Counted from the first letter of the stretch, positions 1 through 12,935 are shown. The stretch: 64,000 bases of DNA from Octopus sinensis (GCF_006345805.1 NC_043004.1:86924001-86988000), one strand, 5' to 3'. The notes: a model not told the origin generated them from the letters alone. A program made the numbers and translations.

Positions 1-262
1 TATTTGTTTCTTTTTAAGTAGGAATTTTTATAATTCATTTTACTCAATAACACCAGTTGCAAAGCCATAAATAGGAGTGGCATCTACTTTTATTCCTATT
101 ATGTATGAAATAAAAAAAGAAATTATGTAGTATCCTCATTTTTATGATTATGCAACTTTAAACTATTTGTTTCTTTTTGAGTAAGAATTTTTATAATTCA
201 TTTTACTCAATAACACCAGTTGCAAAGCCATAAATAGGAGTGTTATGTAGTATCCTCATTTC
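1..262. repeat. Local imperfect tandem duplication, period about 163 bp
   Basis: tatttgtttctttt...gcaaagccataaataggagtg occurs at 1 and again at ~164; ttatgtagtatcctcattt occurs at ~123 and ~243. Confidence 0.8.
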
Positions 263-621
263 TATAATGAAATGCCTTTTAAATTTGTGGCTTGAATAGT
301 ACAATTGATCCTACATATAGAGATGTTCCACTTTCCCAACTTATTATAAAATGTTTGTTGAAAAATGTGAAATATGTTGTCATGCGAACCAGTCCTCTTG
401 CTGATAAATTAGATAAGCTCTCTACTTTGAGGGTAATCTCAGGACAGTAGGACACAAGTAGAGTGTTAAAGATGTTGGCATGGAAATCTATGATTGCTGA
501 CAACAGCAGGCATGGAGGGGGAGGGGAAAGAGATTGCACCCACATGCATTTAGTTGAATAAATATTTTGTATTCAGTAGTTTGTTGTTCTGAAAATAAAA
601 TTTTGTGTAACAAAAATTACC

Positions 622-822
622 CGTGCTGGTAACCATGTAAAAAGCACCCAGTACACTCTGTAAAGTGGTTGGCATTAGGAAGGGAATCCAGCTGTGGAAA
701 CCTTGCCAAATTGCCAAAATAGACAATTGGATCCTGGTACAGCTCTCTGGCTGGCCAGCTCTTGTCAAACTGTCCAACCCATATCAGCATTGAAAATGGA
801 TGTTAAATGATGATGATGATGC
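622..822 (+). mobile_element. 3' end of an RTE-clade LINE (or RTE-tailed SINE) with (GAT)n tail
   Basis: Contains ggttggcattaggaaggg..tccagctgt and ends gttaaatgatgatgatgat. The same tail is attached to RTE ORF2 sequence at 44291-45100. Many more copies occur in the window (e.g. ~1040, 15830, 18090, 22320, 25620, 30140, 50040). Confidence 0.7.
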
Positions 823-1477
823 ATGTATCCACAAAAATAATTGTATGAAATATAGCACATAAATTGGTTTGAAATCTTTTTGTAATTAAGAAGCTCATTT
901 TGCAACCCTGTGATTTTGGGGTCAGTGTTCTGTGCATCACCTTGGGCAAGTATCTTCTGCTATAATCTTGGGTTAAGCAATGCCTTGTGACTGAATTTGG
1001 TAGATGGGAACTGTGTGGAAGCCTGTTGTATATAATCATCATCATGTAATATCTGCTTTCCATGCTGGCATGGGTTGGTTGGTTTGAATGGAGCTGGCCG
1101 GCTGGAGAGCTACGCTAGGTTCCATTTATCTGTTTTGGCATGGTTTCTGCAGCTGGATGCCCTTCCTAACCCCAACCACTTTACAGAGTGTACTGGATGT
1201 ATTTCTGTCACTCCCTCATTCACCTGACAACCAATATTGGTTTGTTTATGTCCCTATAACTTAGCATTTAGTTAAAAGAGACCAGTGGAATCAGTGCCTG
1301 ACATAAAATTAAGCACTGGGGTCGATTTGTTTGACTGAACCCTTGAAGGCAATAATGCCTGATTTGGCTGCAATCTTGTGATCGAAAGCAGTAAATGAAA
1401 AATCCTGAGATATGTATAGTCGTGTAAATGTCATTCACTCGTCATTCTTTGCTTTTAACTTTTAATTTAATTAACAG

Positions 1478-1584
1478 GACAATGGTGATGATTTCACATA
1501 CACAGGAAGTGGTGGCAGAGATCTGTCAGGGAACAAAAGAACTGCAGAGCAATCTTGTGATCAGACCTTAACTCGATATAACAA
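1478..1584 (+). CDS. UHRF1: UHRF1 internal coding exon (SRA/YDG domain); upstream exons lie outside the window
   Basis: ttaacag| acceptor and |gtaagt donor. Translates [35 protein letters not shown], matching the UHRF1 SRA motif [22 protein letters not shown]. Confidence 0.96.
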
Positions 1585-1689
1585 GTAAGTTTATAACCTT
1601 GTTTGCTCTGTATTGTAATTTTATCAATATCTTAACAAACATCACTTTCATGTCTATCCTTTTTTTTTTTTTTCTCTTTTGGCAATCAG

Positions 1690-1852
1690 GGCCCTTGCAC
1701 GCAACTGCAATGCTCCACTGGATGATAAGAAAGGTACTGAAGCTAAGGACTGGCGTGCTGGTAAGCCTGTACGTGTAGTGCGCAGTTGTAAAGGCCGCAA
1801 ACATTCCAAATACGCTCCTCTAGAAGGCAATCGATATGATGGTATTTATAAG
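1690..1852 (+). CDS. UHRF1: UHRF1 coding exon (SRA domain), ending at a GC donor
   Basis: Polypyrimidine tract then aatcag|. Translates (K)[54 protein letters not shown]. Ends AAG|gcaagt; phases fit both neighbouring exons. Confidence 0.95.
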
Positions 1853-2174
1853 GCAAGTGATTGTTGGATTTTCTGAAATCTAACAGTACTTTGTGATTTT
1901 AACATTAGCATTCAGATTACTTTGTCAAACGTAATGCTTATTTGTTCATATTGCTTTGAATTTATTAAACATTATCTCGTACCTTCAAGATTTCAACAAT
2001 ATATGACTGTTTATTTTTAGAATGACATTGTAGAGTAGATCTGAGAGGCCTGACCTGGCCAGTTTGAACATATTACTAGTGGAATATTTAGGCCTGATAT
2101 AGCCACTTTGAATACTAAAGGATTAAAACCTATCAAAATTTCGTATTTATGTTCCAAACACCAGCTTAATTATC

Positions 2175-2395
2175 GTTTCAAATTTTGGCACAAAATCAGC
2201 AATTTCAGAGGGGTGGTAAGTTTATTACATCAACCCCAGTGCTCAACTGGTACTTATTTTATCAACCCTTAAGGGATGAAAGGCAAAGTTGACCATGACA
2301 GAATTTGAACTCAAAATGTAAAGAGATGGATGAAATGCTGCTAATCATTTTGCCTGGTGTGCTAATGATTCATTCTGCCAGTTCTCCACCTGAGG
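2175..2395 (-). mobile_element. tRNA-derived SINE, family B (core GCCTTTCATCC...GATAAAATAAGTACCAG)
   Basis: Reverse complement aligns by eye to the intact copy at 59308-59534; decayed at CpG sites and with a different 3' tail. Confidence 0.7.
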
Positions 2396-2467
2396 CACCA
2401 GCTTAAGTTATTTTACTGAATTCATTATTTTCAAAATAATAATAAGAATAATAATAATTGAAACAAA

Positions 2468-2636
2468 GGTGCAGGAGTGGCTGTGTGGCAAGTAGCTTGC
2501 TTACCAACCATATGGTTCTGAGTTCAGTCACACTGTGTGGCGCCTTGGGTAAGTGTCTTCTCTAGCCTCAGGCCGACCAAAGCTTTGTGAATGGATTTGG
2601 TAGGCAGAAACTGAAAGAAGCCTGTCGTGTATATAC

Positions 2637-2670
<34 letters not shown>

Positions 2671-2860
2671 ATGTGTTTGTCCCCCTACCATCGCTTGACA
2701 ACTGATGTTGATGTGTTTATGTCCCTGTAACTTTGCGGTTCGGCAAAAGAGACTAATAAAATAAGTACTATCTTACAAAGAATAAGTCCTGCAATTGATT
2801 TGTTTGACTAAAGGCGGTGCTCCAGCATGGCTGCAGTCAAACGACTGAAACAGATAAAAG
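2468..2860 (+). mobile_element. tRNA-derived SINE, family A (internal (TA)n(TG)n microsatellite)
   Basis: Head ggtgcaggagtggctgtgtgg (A-box-like) and gagttcagtc (B-box-like); body ggatttggtag...gaaactgaaagaagcc; tail gactgaaac...taaaag. Many copies in the window. Confidence 0.85.
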
Positions 2861-3030
2861 GCAGTGTATTTCAACAGAAATAGGGGTGGGGGAATGGGAA
2901 TTTTTCGACTTAAAACTCATTGAATAGTATGGTAAATAAACACATAATTATCTGAATTAAAATCTTTTTTCACTTAATTCTATCATTGCCCTCATCTCCA
3001 AATTTTAAAGATTCTTCTTTTAAATTTCAG

Positions 3031-3168
3031 ATTGTCAAATATTGGCCAGCTAAAGGAAAGTCTGGATTTCTGGTTTGGCGTTACTTTTTACGGAGAGATG
3101 ATACGCAAGCTGCACCATGGACAAATTCAGGCAAAAAACGTATTAAAGAGCTTGGTCTCGCCATGCAG
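3031..3168 (+). CDS. UHRF1: UHRF1 coding exon (end of SRA domain)
   Basis: tttcag| to CAG|gtaagc, 138 nt. Translates [46 protein letters not shown]. Confidence 0.96.
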
Positions 3169-3291
3169 GTAAGCAGCATGTGTCTTTTTAGCATTTTCTT
3201 GGATTGCTCCACTTACCTGCTGTTTTCTCCCCACCACCCTCAATCTCAATTTTTTTCTGCTATTCTCAAACTTCTACTTTGATTTTTTTAG

Positions 3292-3373
3292 TACCCTGAT
3301 GGTTATCTTGAAGCACAAAACCATAAAGAAGAAAAGGATAAAAAGAAGAAACGAAATTCCTCTGGAGAATCAA
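3292..3373 (+). CDS. UHRF1: UHRF1 coding exon (post-SRA linker, basic region)
   Basis: ttttttag| to |gtaaga. Translates YPDGYLEAQNHKEEKDKKKKRNSSGES, continuing the conserved MQYPxGYLEA motif. Confidence 0.93.
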
Positions 3374-4984
3374 GTAAGAATTTATTTTCAATCTATAGTC
3401 TTTATGTTAAATCTTGTGGAATGTATTCTGATTCAAAAGTTATGGGAAGAATTGGTGAAGTAATGGACGATATGCCTTCTGGTGTTTAGTTTCATCTCTA
3501 TCTTTACCTTTTATCCTTCTGGAGATTGATATATAATTTATTAGCCTCTCTCTCCAAACAAATTTGTAGTTATGTGCCTAAAATTAGGAATTTTATCATC
3601 ATCATCATCGTTTCAACATCCACTTTTTCATGATCACATGACTCAGACAAAATCTTTTGAAGCAGATTTTCTCTGGCCGGATGCCCTTCCTGTCACCAAC
3701 CCTTGCCATATCTCCAAGGCTTGGCATTTTTACAGGGGAGATTGGAAATGGACACCTTCATGCAGTGTCAAGTCAAGGGATCTGGAAAACTAACACACAC
3801 ACACACTTGATGGGCTTTCTCACATCCCATTTCTGAAATTCACTCACAAGGCTTTGGGTTTATAGTACAAGATATTTATCCAAGGTGCCATGCAGTGAGA
3901 CTGAACCCTGCAGCATTTCAGGCATGTGTCTTCTACAACAGCCCTGGATTGACCAAATTTATACAATTAAAATACCAAAGATATAATTTTTCAGCCTAAT
4001 CACAGGCAATGATTAAGAGGCTCTTTTTGTAACCATAGGGTTTCAAGTTTCCCCTTATTGTATTATTACTATGAGCAAATGTTTTCCGTAGCACCTGGCT
4101 GACCAAAACTCTGTGCAAACTATACAGAATCCCATTGTGTGTGTATGTATCAATATGCTTGAATATGTGTGTTTCTGTCTTCGCATTGAAGTTTAAAACA
4201 GTTTCACAATTTAGGCAGCGTTGATATTTATGCCTGCCTTAAAAATATGCCATACCATTGTGCACTCTATTTGCACAAAAGATAGGATAGTAAGTACCTT
4301 ACTTGGGAACAAGAACTGGCAACAGTAAAGGCATATGGTTATTGAATGCTGTCATGACAGTCTTTCCCTAAACAAAATGTGGCCATAAAAATGATAATGA
4401 TGATAACAGGTGCAGTATTAGCAAATAAGAACATTAGTACATTTAAATATTGGTTCTTAGTTTGGGATGATATACATACATCCAGATGGTATTAAGCTTC
4501 ATCTGTTTACAATCTCTATTCAAATATTTGCTTTTAATGTTACTGGAGATCAATATAATCTGTTAGTCTTTCTGCTAACAAATTTTTATTCTTGTGCTGA
4601 ACTTAGAAATTTATATAATTTAAATATTTAAGATTATGATTTTCCTAACTAACTACAAACATGGATATGTGGTTAAGAAATTCTTTTCATAACTAAATTG
4701 CACCACGGGCAAGTGTTTTCTACTATAGCCTCAAAATGACCAATGCCATGTGAGTGACTAAACTTATCAAAAAGCAATGTAGAGTATAAATATTGTTAAT
4801 ATATAACTCAAAGATGAAGTTAATAGCAATATAAGATTTTAGTATAAAGTGGTTGACGTTGGAAAGGGCATCCAGCTGTAGAAACCAGGCCAAATCAGAT
4901 GAGAATCTGGTGCAGCTCTCCTGTTTGTAAGCATGGAAAACAGACATTAAAGGATGATGTATTTTGGACATAGTGACAAGCAAA

Positions 4985-5530
4985 TTATAATAATAATAAT
5001 GAAATTATTGTATACAGTGCTCAGGTACACCACAACTTGTCAAAAGTGCGTATAAAGCATATGCAGTAATGTACAAATGTCTGGAAAGTGAACAGTGTAT
5101 GAGTCAGATACATGCTTGCATGTGTATGGAGGGGAGAAAATCAGGTGTAGTGTTGGCAAATCTCAGGAAGCATGGAAGTTTTGAAGGATGCAGTGCTCCG
5201 ACAACTAACAACTGATGCCAGCAGTTTATTCCATGTTTCAGCAACTCTTAGTGTGAAAAAAATGTTTCCAAAAGTCATGGGAGCTGTGCTGTTTTCTGAC
5301 TTTGTAAATATGCCCACGGGTGTTAGACGGGTGGAGTTTAAAACGGTGCTCAGAGTTATTGTTAGTAAGATGGGTAATAATTTTATGGGTGTCTGCCAAG
5401 TCAGCTGCCAGACGTCGGAGTTTCAATGTATCCATGCCCAGGGAAGTAAGGTGTTCAGAATATGGCAAACAACAGTAATATATTGACTGGTGTAACAAAA
5501 AACTTTTCTCTTGAAATGTGTAAATTTCTA
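4985..5530 (-). mobile_element. CR1-clade LINE 3' fragment with (ATT)n tail
   Basis: Minus-strand peptide LPYSEHLTSLGMDTLKLRRLAADLADTHKI...NTRGHIYKVRKQHSSHDFWKHFF matches the CR1 ORF2 C-terminal pattern (L.Y.ERL..L...LE.RR...DL...TRGH..K....FF). Confidence 0.85.
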
Positions 5531-5690
5531 GATAGTGTTTACTATTTACAGATGATGATTCTAAAATGTGAGTCTCTTTTATATAATCTCAAAATAGATT
5601 GTGGTAATTACTTGTGGTTTACATTAAAAAATCACATTTTACAAGCAGAAATAACAAATTTGGAAAAGTCTTGTATTGTTCATTCATGAT

Positions 5691-5913
5691 TTAACTCTTT
5701 TGTTACTGTATTTATTTTGAGATGCTCTGTTTCTTTCAATTATTTTAAATATAACAAAGAATTTAGTAAAATAACTTATCATTAAGCTTGTGTTAGAAAC
5801 ATAAATTGTCATTAAGGTTTGGTGGAAGGTTTTAAATCAAAACTTATTAAAACAAAACATTTGTACTACAGAACTAGAGCTGGTTTCAGCCAGGTTGGTA
5901 ATGAAAGGGTTAA
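5691..5913. mobile_element. piggyBac-type MITE (coordinates include the TTAA sites)
   Basis: TTAA|ctcttttgttac ... gtaatgaaaggg|TTAA; a closely similar copy lies at 51370-51595. Confidence 0.8.
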
Positions 5914-6021
5914 TGATAATCTAGTTTAACTGTACTGAAGAGAGAGAGAGTTTTTTTTTTTTCTCATTTGTTTTGTCTACTTTTACTTTTGCAATTAATT
6001 TTATCAATTTTTCTTTCTTAG

Positions 6022-6158
6022 CTGAAGCTTCAAGCAAAAAAAAGCAAAAAGTTGCAGCTTATAAAGTGGACCCTGCAGTATCGAAGTTATGCAAGGAGGA
6101 CAGTGCTAACTCTAAATTATGGAAGGAAGTAATGCAGTCAACTAAAGAAGGAGCCACA
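6022..6158 (+). CDS. UHRF1: UHRF1 coding exon (pre-RING helical region)
   Basis: ttcttag| to |gttagt. Translates (T)EASSKKKQKVAAYKVDPAVSKLCKEDSANSKLWKEVMQSTKEGAT with the EDxxNxKLW motif; phase 1 in, phase 0 out. Confidence 0.9.
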
Positions 6159-6611
6159 GTTAGTTCACGTTTAAAAATTTTTTTCATTATATTTTAAATA
6201 ATTTATGCAAAAATTGCCAGTGTGTGTAGCTACAGTGGCTGCAATAAATTGTTGTTCATTGATTGTGGGGTCATCTGATTTAGAGGATGAGGTAGGTGTG
6301 GTAGAATTTGAAAATAATGAACCTCATGGAAGTAATGGTTACAAAATTTTGGGTGGGGCAGGGGTGTTGATTACATCGACCTTTCATCCTTAAGGTGCTG
6401 ATGTTGGGCAATAGTTTATGACAATTAATATTTGACAACCATAAAACATAAGTCATCAAATCCATTGTGACTTTGTTGTGATATTAGATGACGATTTATT
6501 GAGGTGTGATGATGGCTGTAGTACTAAATAAAGTTCTGGCAGAACAGATTTAAAAATTCAAAGCATTGGCTGACAGCTTTAGTTACTTTTGATTGAATAA
6601 GACTTACCAAA

Positions 6612-7280
6612 ATCATCATCATCGTTTAACGTCAGTTTTCCATGCTAGCATGGGTTGGACAGTTCGGCCGGGGTCTGGGAAGCCAGGAGGCTGCATCAGG
6701 CTCCAGTCTGATCTGGCAGTGTTTCTACAGTCGGCTGCCCTTCCTAACACCAACTACTCCGTGAGTGTAGTGGGTACTTTTTACATGCCACCAGTACATG
6801 GGCCAAAGGAGGCTGGCAACGGCCACGATCAGTTGGTGCTTTTTACGTGCCGCTGGCATAGGTATCACAACTACAATTTCCATTTGATTTTCATCCTGAT
6901 GTTGATGTACTTGATTCAATAGGTCTCCTCAAGCACAGCAGGTTGCTCTGCAATCCAAGGTACTTTTGAATGGGCTGGTTATGCGAAACTGGTGTAGGAT
7001 ACAGCTGTGAACTCACTTTATTTGTTGGGTCTTCACAGTTACAGCATATCTCCAGAGGTTTTGGTCTTTTGTCATTGCCACATCCGATGCTTATGCCCAA
7101 CATTTCTCTCAGGGCACTTACACTATCGTGTGTGGACACTGACATTACACATCCAGCGGATCATGCTAACTTCATTTCTTTCAAGCCTACGCTTGTCCTC
7201 TGCAGTCACAGCCCATCTTTCACTACCGTGAAGCATGGCAGTTCGCACACATGCATCGTACAATCTACCTTTCACTCTGA
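6612..7280 (-). mobile_element. RTE-clade LINE 3' fragment (ORF2 C-terminal remnant plus 3' UTR)
   Basis: (CAT)n on the + strand at ~6612; 7080-7270 aligns by eye with the RTE ORF2 remnant at 44900-45100. Confidence 0.75.
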
Positions 7281-7554
7281 GTCTTCTTGATAGCTTGAGA
7301 AGATGTATGTTAAAATAGTTTTAATGATAGTATTTAGGGGTAGGAATCTGTAAAAAGAAATACTTTTGTGTATACATTCTATTCTTATTAACATTTTAAA
7401 ATACAATCAACTCTTAACCATTTCAAGATAATACTTCTAATGAAATATTCTTCCCATGTCTTTAAACTAATTTCTAAAAAAAAATCATAAAATTGATGAC
7501 TATTTCAGTGTTGTGACATTGTTATTATAGCAAATGTTTTCTTTTGTTTAAAAG

Positions 7555-7653
7555 GTATTCTTTTCTAAAGTGGAAGAATTGTTCATTTGTGTCTGCTGTC
7601 AGGAATTGGTTTTCAACCCCATCACCACTGATTGCTGCCACAATGTTTGCAAA
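7555..7653 (+). CDS. UHRF1: UHRF1 coding exon (RING finger, first half)
   Basis: aaag| to AAA|gtaagt. Translates [33 protein letters not shown]. The alternative AG at 7530 would read into an in-frame stop. Confidence 0.93.
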
Positions 7654-8039
7654 GTAAGTTATTAAATGTTTACTTAATCTTAAGCTTGTTTCACCATCGA
7701 TGTGCATTCTGTTGATCCTGTTAAGTATATCGTAATCAAGTAAGTAGTGTTATAATGATTGAAACAAATATTGGGTTGCTAATTAAACATTCTCTCATCA
7801 TTTACATCTTTTCTTTAATTCAAACTAGACAGATCTGCATCATTTTGAAGGCTTATTATAATTATATTTCAGTATATAAGAAACGACAGACACCACATAT
7901 ATTCAAGTCTTGAAAACGAAACTATGGAGGTTTGGAAACATCAAATATGGATTTAGGAACTTTCCAAACTAACTGTAAAAAGTCAATGAAAATCTGAAAA
8001 ATCTGAAATGAAATAAAAAAAAAAAAATCAAACTTGGAC

Positions 8040-8081
<42 letters not shown>

Positions 8082-8531
8082 AACACACCTGTTTCTGCCT
8101 CCCTGTCACATTAACCTTTCAGACACAGTAGCCTCAGATAGTCTTCTATCTAGCCAGCTCCTGTCAACTGTCCTTCCTTTGCATACATGGAAGATGGACA
8201 TTAAATGATGATGATGTACATACATATGAATGAGTGGACAAACGAAGGAAAGGGCACTAAACACTTTTAGGAGGAGTTACATGTATTATTTAAAACAGTT
8301 TGATTTGGCTCCATGTGGGCTTCTATTAGGGGCTCATGTAACTGAACCAGTATCTTCTTAGGAGGATTAATCATTAGACTCCCTTTCTGGGTCGATTTTG
8401 CTTTTGTCATTTCATGGGAACAGGTGTTGCCTGTTAGTGCTAACCCCTTTCAATAAATTTGATATTCTAATTTTGATTTATTGATGCATTTAGCTATGCT
8501 GTAATTAGTATACTTTTCTTTTTCTTTTCAG

Positions 8532-8681
8532 TCCTGTTTGCAACGATCATTCAAAGCTGAAATTTATACATGCCCCTCGTGTCGAGCTGAGCTGGGTAAA
8601 GGTTACAGCATGAACATCAACAAGACATTGTCAAAAATACTGTCTCAATTATACCCTGGTTATGGTGCTGGCCGATCTTGA
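8532..8681 (+). CDS. UHRF1: UHRF1 last coding exon (RING finger second half, stop codon)
   Basis: ttttcag| then SCLQRSFKAEIYTCPSCRAELGKGYSMNINKTLSKILSQLYPGYGAGRS and TGA at 8679-8681; matches the UHRF1 C-terminus (L(F/Y)PGYGxGR). Confidence 0.96.
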   Translation, partial: SCLQRSFKAEIYTCPSCRAELGKGYSMNINKTLSKILSQLYPGYGAGRS

Positions 8682-8781
8682 AATTATCATTTTATTAACT
8701 AACTGTTGCTTTCACTGCCATTATTTTCCTTATAGTTCACTTTTGTGTGTTCTTTGGTCATGGAATATTCTCACTTTCATA

Positions 8782-8787
8782 AATAAA
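8782..8787 (+). promoter_or_regulatory. Candidate proximal polyadenylation signal of UHRF1
   Basis: First AATAAA about 100 nt after the stop. Other AATAAA hexamers occur downstream (e.g. ~10666), so the real 3' end is undetermined. Confidence 0.3.
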
Positions 8788-10354
8788 CACTCTTTGTCTC
8801 ATGTAGCTTGACACCACACACTTTTCAAACCAAACTACTAAGTTTACTGTCTTCCATCTTACATTCCAGTTTTGGTTTTTTTTCTTCCAATTTTTTATTG
8901 ATTTATAATCTTCATTATTCAACTCAACTGGATTTTTAAAATTTGGATTTAGTGATAAAATCTAAGATTAAATAATAATAATAATAATAATAATAATAAG
9001 CTGAAAAAGAGAGCATTGATAATGAATTTCTTTAAATACTTGTCTAATAATGAACTGTAGAAGGGGTTTTTCTGTCTTTCTCTTGCGATTTATGCTTTTT
9101 TTCCCACTAAATTCTGTTCTGGCTGGTTTGTAACCATTTGCTATCCTTCTCATATGTAAATATTATTTTATAAAACCAATCACTAACTGTCCTCAACCAT
9201 AACTTGGCAACTGCATTCTTAACACTAATAACTTAAAAGCTATTTTTCTACAGACATAAAAAAGATGTTAATGGCTTTTATTTTTCACCAATTTCTTTTT
9301 TAATCCCAAAATCTATTGTTATCTCACAACCAGTCTATCTTTTCAGATCTTTCTCTTTAATATTGACTACAGTACATTCTTTTGTTAGAATTTATATTCT
9401 ATATTGTTTTTAAAGATTTTTTTTGCCATCTTATGGAGCTGGGGTTAACTTTTAGACTTTTTATCCTGTTGTTGTTTTGCTTGGATAATTTCATTCTTAA
9501 TATTCTCTTAATGATGTAAATTATTGCTGTTCTTCCTATATTTTAATTTTTACCCTATTTTAACAACTTCCACTCTTCTATATCTTCTGCATTTCATTTT
9601 TTGTTAATATTTAGCTCATTCACAGTTGTCTCTCTAACAAGGACTTATACTCAATAGGGAGTCACCTAATATTTTGATGGAACTGCAATACCCAAAAGAT
9701 ACTTACTGGAGAAAACATGCTTTCCTGATAGTCAAGATAATTAGTTCAATACATTTCAGTTTTCATTGTTTTTGAACTTTTGGTGCTTTTAGTTTATCAT
9801 ATTTAATGCATAAAAAACATACAGGCATATTAAACAGACACATCCCAATTCTTGCAGTGCATAGCCAGGAAAAAAAAACTTTAGTGCATTGCAATACTAA
9901 CTTTTCATATAGAACCCAGGGTGGGTTTTTTTTCTTTTTCTTTCTTTCTTTTTTTTTTTTTTGAGATATTTTTTGTGGGGAAATGCATCTTGTATGATAC
10001 TTTAAATAGCAGATGGATTTTTATTAAGAAATAGTAATTTAGTCTAATAGTGTGGTTTCTTATTTCTTTAGTCTTTTCTTACAAACAGTCATTATAATGA
10101 GTCTTTTACCTGAAATTTGTGGAGGATGAGAGAAAAAAAAATTACAAGCTATTGGAGACGTGAATGTGAATCCTTATGTATGTCTGTAAGTTAATGAAGC
10201 TGATTTCTAAATGTGTCCGGTCGTTTCATTATTTGTTCCTTTGTGCACATGTGAATTTACACTAGAACTCATCCAAATTGTACAGATATTGGTAACTTGG
10301 CATCAGTTGTCTGCCAAATGAATTCTCTCTTTTTGCAGCTGCAGATATCTAGAT

Positions 10355-10536
10355 CAGTGGTTCTCAACCTTTTTAATATCTGGGCCAGATCCAAAACTTG
10401 GATCTTTTTAAGGGGACCACACCAAAAAAATAAATAATAATAATAAAACAAGTCAAAGAAAAATTTATATTTATAGAGACCATTGAGGGCTGCCAGAAGG
10501 ATGCTTTAGAGTTGCATGCAGCCCTGGGAGCCACTG
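10355..10536. mobile_element. hAT (Charlie-like) MITE with 8-bp target-site duplication
   Basis: TIRs CAGTGGTTCTC and GGGAGCCACTG; flanks ATCTAGAT (10347-10354) and ATCTGGAT (10537-10544), resembling the NTCTAGAN target of Charlie elements. Confidence 0.85.
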
Positions 10537-10865
10537 ATCTGGATACTTTATTAGAGTTCTGCTGTAGTGGTTCCATAGTGTGTGTATAATTATCAAAATA
10601 AAATTTTATTATATATAAATATATCTGCTTTTCTTTCTTTTCTTTCTTTAAAACATTTTCCATGAAATAAAAATTATTTACTGAAATTGTTTGTGGTTTC
10701 TTCATTTTTGAAAAATATCTTTTCATTTCCATTATGAGGTACATTTTTTAAAACCTTTCTGATACAAACTTCCTGTTTTCAAGTGATCTAAATTAAAAAA
10801 CTTTCCTTCAAAATTTCATGTTAATGTTTCAATTAAGGACAGTTAATTTACTAAATTCATAATAT

Positions 10866-11425
10866 AGTCGTAGGTGTTCTGTCTAGGGCCTCCTTTGGTC
10901 AAGCTGACCATGGGTAGTATCCGTGCTGTTTTCAGCTCAGCTGGAGCAGCATCTGTGGTGGCTAAACAGACCTATACATGAGTGACAGTCTCTGTCGCAT
11001 AGAGCACATTTGTATATGGTCTAATGTCTGTTGGAGTTACTGCACTCTTCTTGCTGGACTCACTTGTCTGCTACTGTGCTCATTAACTTTTCCTCTGACT
11101 TGAGGTATTCATTCAGGGTGCTCCTCCATGTTGGCTAGTCAGCTGCTTAGCTCTCCCAAGAGTCTGCATGGATGACAAGGCCCTTCAAATCTCTCTTTAT
11201 AACATCCCTGTATTGCAGCTAAGATCAACCAGTGGCTTTTCTTCCAGATACCAGCTCCCCATAGAGACTGTCCTTTGGGATGTGGCCATCCTTCGTGTAG
11301 TGGATGTGTCCTAGCCAGTGCAGTCTGCATTGTCAAAGAAGGATGAACATGCTGGGAAGGTCTGCATGATTCAAGACCTCTGTGTTGCCAGGATGTAGCA
11401 TAGGCTTCTCAGATGGAAAGGTGTT
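10866..11425 (-). mobile_element. Degenerate RTE/BovB-like LINE 3' fragment
   Basis: Minus strand reads LPSMFILL*QCRLHWLGHIHYTKDGHIPKDSLYGEL, the RLRWLGHV.RM...RIPK.LLYGEL motif of RTE ORF2. Confidence 0.75.
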
Positions 11426-11616
11426 AAGTCATGAGTGTTAGTAAAATAACAAGGCCACTAATAGTCTTGAATGTTATTTGATTTTTTTTGAGAAAGAAAA
11501 TGATTTTTTGTTCAGTTTGATTCTTGTTGCTAACTGTATTAATTTCATATAAGAATTTTTGCCCTTCAATAAATTATGGTATTAAGAAAACAAAAATATA
11601 ACTTTGCTGAAGGTCT

Positions 11617-11967
11617 TGGTTCCAGGTAATGGATTGTTCAGTCCCACTGCGTGGCACCATGGGCAAGTGTCTTCTACTATAGCCTTGGGCTGACCAAAGC
11701 CTTGCGAGTGGATTTAGTAGACAGAAACTGAAAGAAGCCCACCATATATATGTATGTGTGTGTATATGTTTGTGTGTCTGTGTTTATCCCCCCAACATCG
11801 CTTAACAACTGATGCTGGTGTGTTTACGTCCCTGTAACTTAGCGGTTCGGTAAAAGAGATTGATAGAATAAGTACTAGGCTTACAAAGAATAAGTTCTGG
11901 GGTCGATTTGCTCGACTAAAGGCGCTGCTCCAGCATGGCCACAGGTGACTGAAACAAGTAAAAGAGT
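11617..11967 (+). mobile_element. SINE family A, 5' end damaged
   Basis: Aligns to 27861-28250 from gttcagtcccactgcgtgg to the gaaacaagtaaaagag tail. Confidence 0.85.
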
Positions 11968-12558
11968 ATATATATATAATATATAGGGAAGAACTAGTTT
12001 TAAGATATCGTTTGCTGGTGTATTAGAATACTACACATATTCCATCTAACAAATTACACTATAAAGGCATCGATCAATCTAAAGCTGTAGAATTGAATCT
12101 GTAACTATATGGCAGTAAAGTAAACTTCATGCTGCCATAGCTATGCCAAAATTATCTCATTTTCTAGCAACTAAATTCTTGCTGTGTATATATTATCAAG
12201 TTGTAGTGGTATTGAATTTAGCTCCATCACAAGAAATATCTCACCCTTGCTTGAAGTCATAGAGTTGAGGTTTTTAGAAAAAAATTGGAAACTGGCATAA
12301 TGGCAAAAAAAATTTACACTGGTTATTTTGGTTAAAAAGCCATTCAGATATTTTATAGAAGATAAGTGGATGACTGGGAATTCAATCGTTTTGTTATTAT
12401 ATCTTTGCTGAAACCCACAGCCTTTGTTTTTACTAATTTGAAAAATAATGAAGAATTTTGTAAAATAACTGTCATTATTAAGATGGTGTCTGGAACATAA
12501 ATTAACGTGGAATTTTGATGAAAGGCTTCAATGTAGAACACTTTCAAACAGGAGGTTT

Positions 12559-12935
12559 CATCATCATCATCATCATCGTTTAGCGTCCGCTTTCCATGCT
12601 AGCATGGGTTGGACGGTTCAACTGGGGTCTGTGAAGCCAGAAGGCTGCATCAGGCCCAGTCTGATCTGGCAGTGTTTCTACGGCTGGATGCCCTTCCTAA
12701 CGCCAACCACTCCGTGAGTGTAGTGGGTGCCAGACGGAGCTGGCAAACGGCCATGGACGGATGGTGCTTTTTACGTGCCACTGGCACGGGGGCCAGGCGA
12801 GATTGGCAACGGCCACGATCGGATGGTGCTTTTAACGGGGGCCAGGCGAGGCTGGCAACGGCCACGAATGGATGGTGCTTTTTACGGGCCAGTCGGAGGC
12901 CAGTTTTTTACGTGTCATCAGCCACGGAGGCCAGT
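12559..12935 (-). mobile_element. RTE 3' UTR fragment with internal ~40-50-bp tandem units
   Basis: (CAT)n tail; repeated units ctggcaacggccacga..ggatggtgctttttacg. Confidence 0.75.

Noticed and set aside
12720-12935. Repeat-spacer pattern resembling a CRISPR array
   Set aside because: Eukaryotic context, degenerate units with mutually related spacers, located inside an RTE 3' UTR, and no cas genes.
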